From: a virus | Reading direction: 5' to 3' (one strand) | Length of the DNA: 64,000 nucleotides | Virus record (IMG/VR): IMGVR_UViG_3300046533_000294 | Location: 63,386 to 127,385 of that record | Part shown: positions 64,000 through 64,000 of the stretch, in pieces | Position numbering within the stretch: position 1 is the first letter of the stretch | Layout: each line of letters begins with the position of its first letter | Notes under the pieces: model-generated | Database searches by the model: none | The model's input: only the letters and a program-made list of their open reading frames with translations | What the model was told of the DNA's origin: nothing | Made by a program: the position numbers and the translations under genes

Positions 64000-64000
64000 A

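Noticed and set aside
1-64000. Integrase/repressor lysogeny module, reverse transcriptase/DGR, phage RNA polymerase, tRNAs
   Set aside because: No recognisable motifs in any ORF; a short unseen segment beyond the window edges cannot be excluded.

Overview
The window is a near-complete ~64 kb tailed phage genome with a contractile tail (myovirus-type) and no visible integrase, tRNA or CRISPR array. The early region runs off both window edges on the minus strand, consistent with a circular or permuted assembly slightly longer than the window. It has four parts. (1) A minus-strand early region of small genes (1577->1, continuing 64000->55800), separated by a conserved hairpin and a strong GAAGGAGGG ribosome-binding site. 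(2) A control region at ~1.1-2.75 kb containing a ~940 bp stretch almost devoid of TG/CA, phased A-tracts and CGCGCGTA clusters. (3) A plus-strand arm (2756-37249): lysis and accessory genes, RuvC, terminase, portal, protease/scaffold, capsid, sheath, tube, frameshifted chaperone, tape measure, baseplate, fibre and holin. (4) A minus-strand replication arm (55721->37246): SNF2 helicase, exonuclease, Sak4-like ATPase, SSB, primase-helicase, DnaE, HU and ThyX-like. That arm also carries a five-enzyme cluster (FAD oxidoreductase/mutase, HAD, SDR, DUF1599/Nmad1-like, SAM methyltransferase) that looks like a base-hypermodification pathway. The host is inferred to be Actinomycetota, possibly Thermoleophilia-like, from the Rpf and collagen-protein style. 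The best candidates for new biology are the putative modification pathway together with the TG/CA-free zone, and a 13-copy RNA hairpin with an invariant G-G mismatch in the early region. All product calls come from motif recognition by eye; no database search was run.
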